Positions 63,923-64,000 of a DNA stretch of 64,000 bases are shown here, in pieces. Source of the stretch: an uncultured delta proteobacterium. Lineage in GTDB: Bacteria > Myxococcota_A > Polyangia > Polyangiales > Polyangiaceae. A program made the position numbers and the translations under genes. The notes beneath the pieces are model-generated. The model made no database searches. It saw nothing but the letters and a program-made list of their open reading frames with translations, and was not told where the DNA came from. Each line of letters begins with the position of its first letter. Positions within the stretch are counted from its first letter, which is position 1. The stretch covers positions 64,001-128,000 of the forward strand of contig CAVOKF010000006.1 of the NCBI GenBank assembly GCA_963696385.1, given 5' to 3'.

Positions 63923-64000
63923 CGGCAACTGGATACGGCGACGCACGAAAAGGCGGGCCCTGGGCGTTGCTGTGCACCCGCAGGTGATGAGCCTCGAGCA

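Overview
GC-rich bacterial DNA, probably a myxobacterium (Polyangiaceae-like; inferred from gene style only). Four zones. (1) 1-10.6 kb: fluoride-stress island with four fluoride (crcB-motif) riboswitches upstream of a HEAT-repeat gene, a decayed cation:H+ antiporter/USP, crcB-DUF190-PPase-like-dynamin-like, and enolase-MFS. (2) 10.6-29.8 kb: decayed integrative-element patchwork: DUF3363-type relaxase remnant, 46-bp tandem array, xis/int, toxin-antitoxin cluster, primase/helicase module with an iteron origin, ISKra4, truncated Mrr_N/McrB-like gene. (3) 30-52.2 kb: insertion hotspot with an ECF module, secreted proteins and gene fragments, punctuated by seven copies of a ~115-bp structured repeat into which IS1111 (IS110 family), IS4, IS1634 and a group II intron have inserted; both IS1111 copies share one site and both IS4 copies share another. 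(4) 52.2-64 kb: sulfur-starvation cluster (truncated ssuD, DszC-like and SfnB-like monooxygenases, sfnG, Liv-type ABC transporter) with sigma54-like promoters. Best novelty candidates: the ~115-bp landing-pad repeat; the IS1111 with Thr at the catalytic Ser position and a 3' non-coding region complementary to that repeat; fluoride riboswitches with a compensatory A.U to G.C tertiary-pair change. All calls are by eye; no database searches were run.
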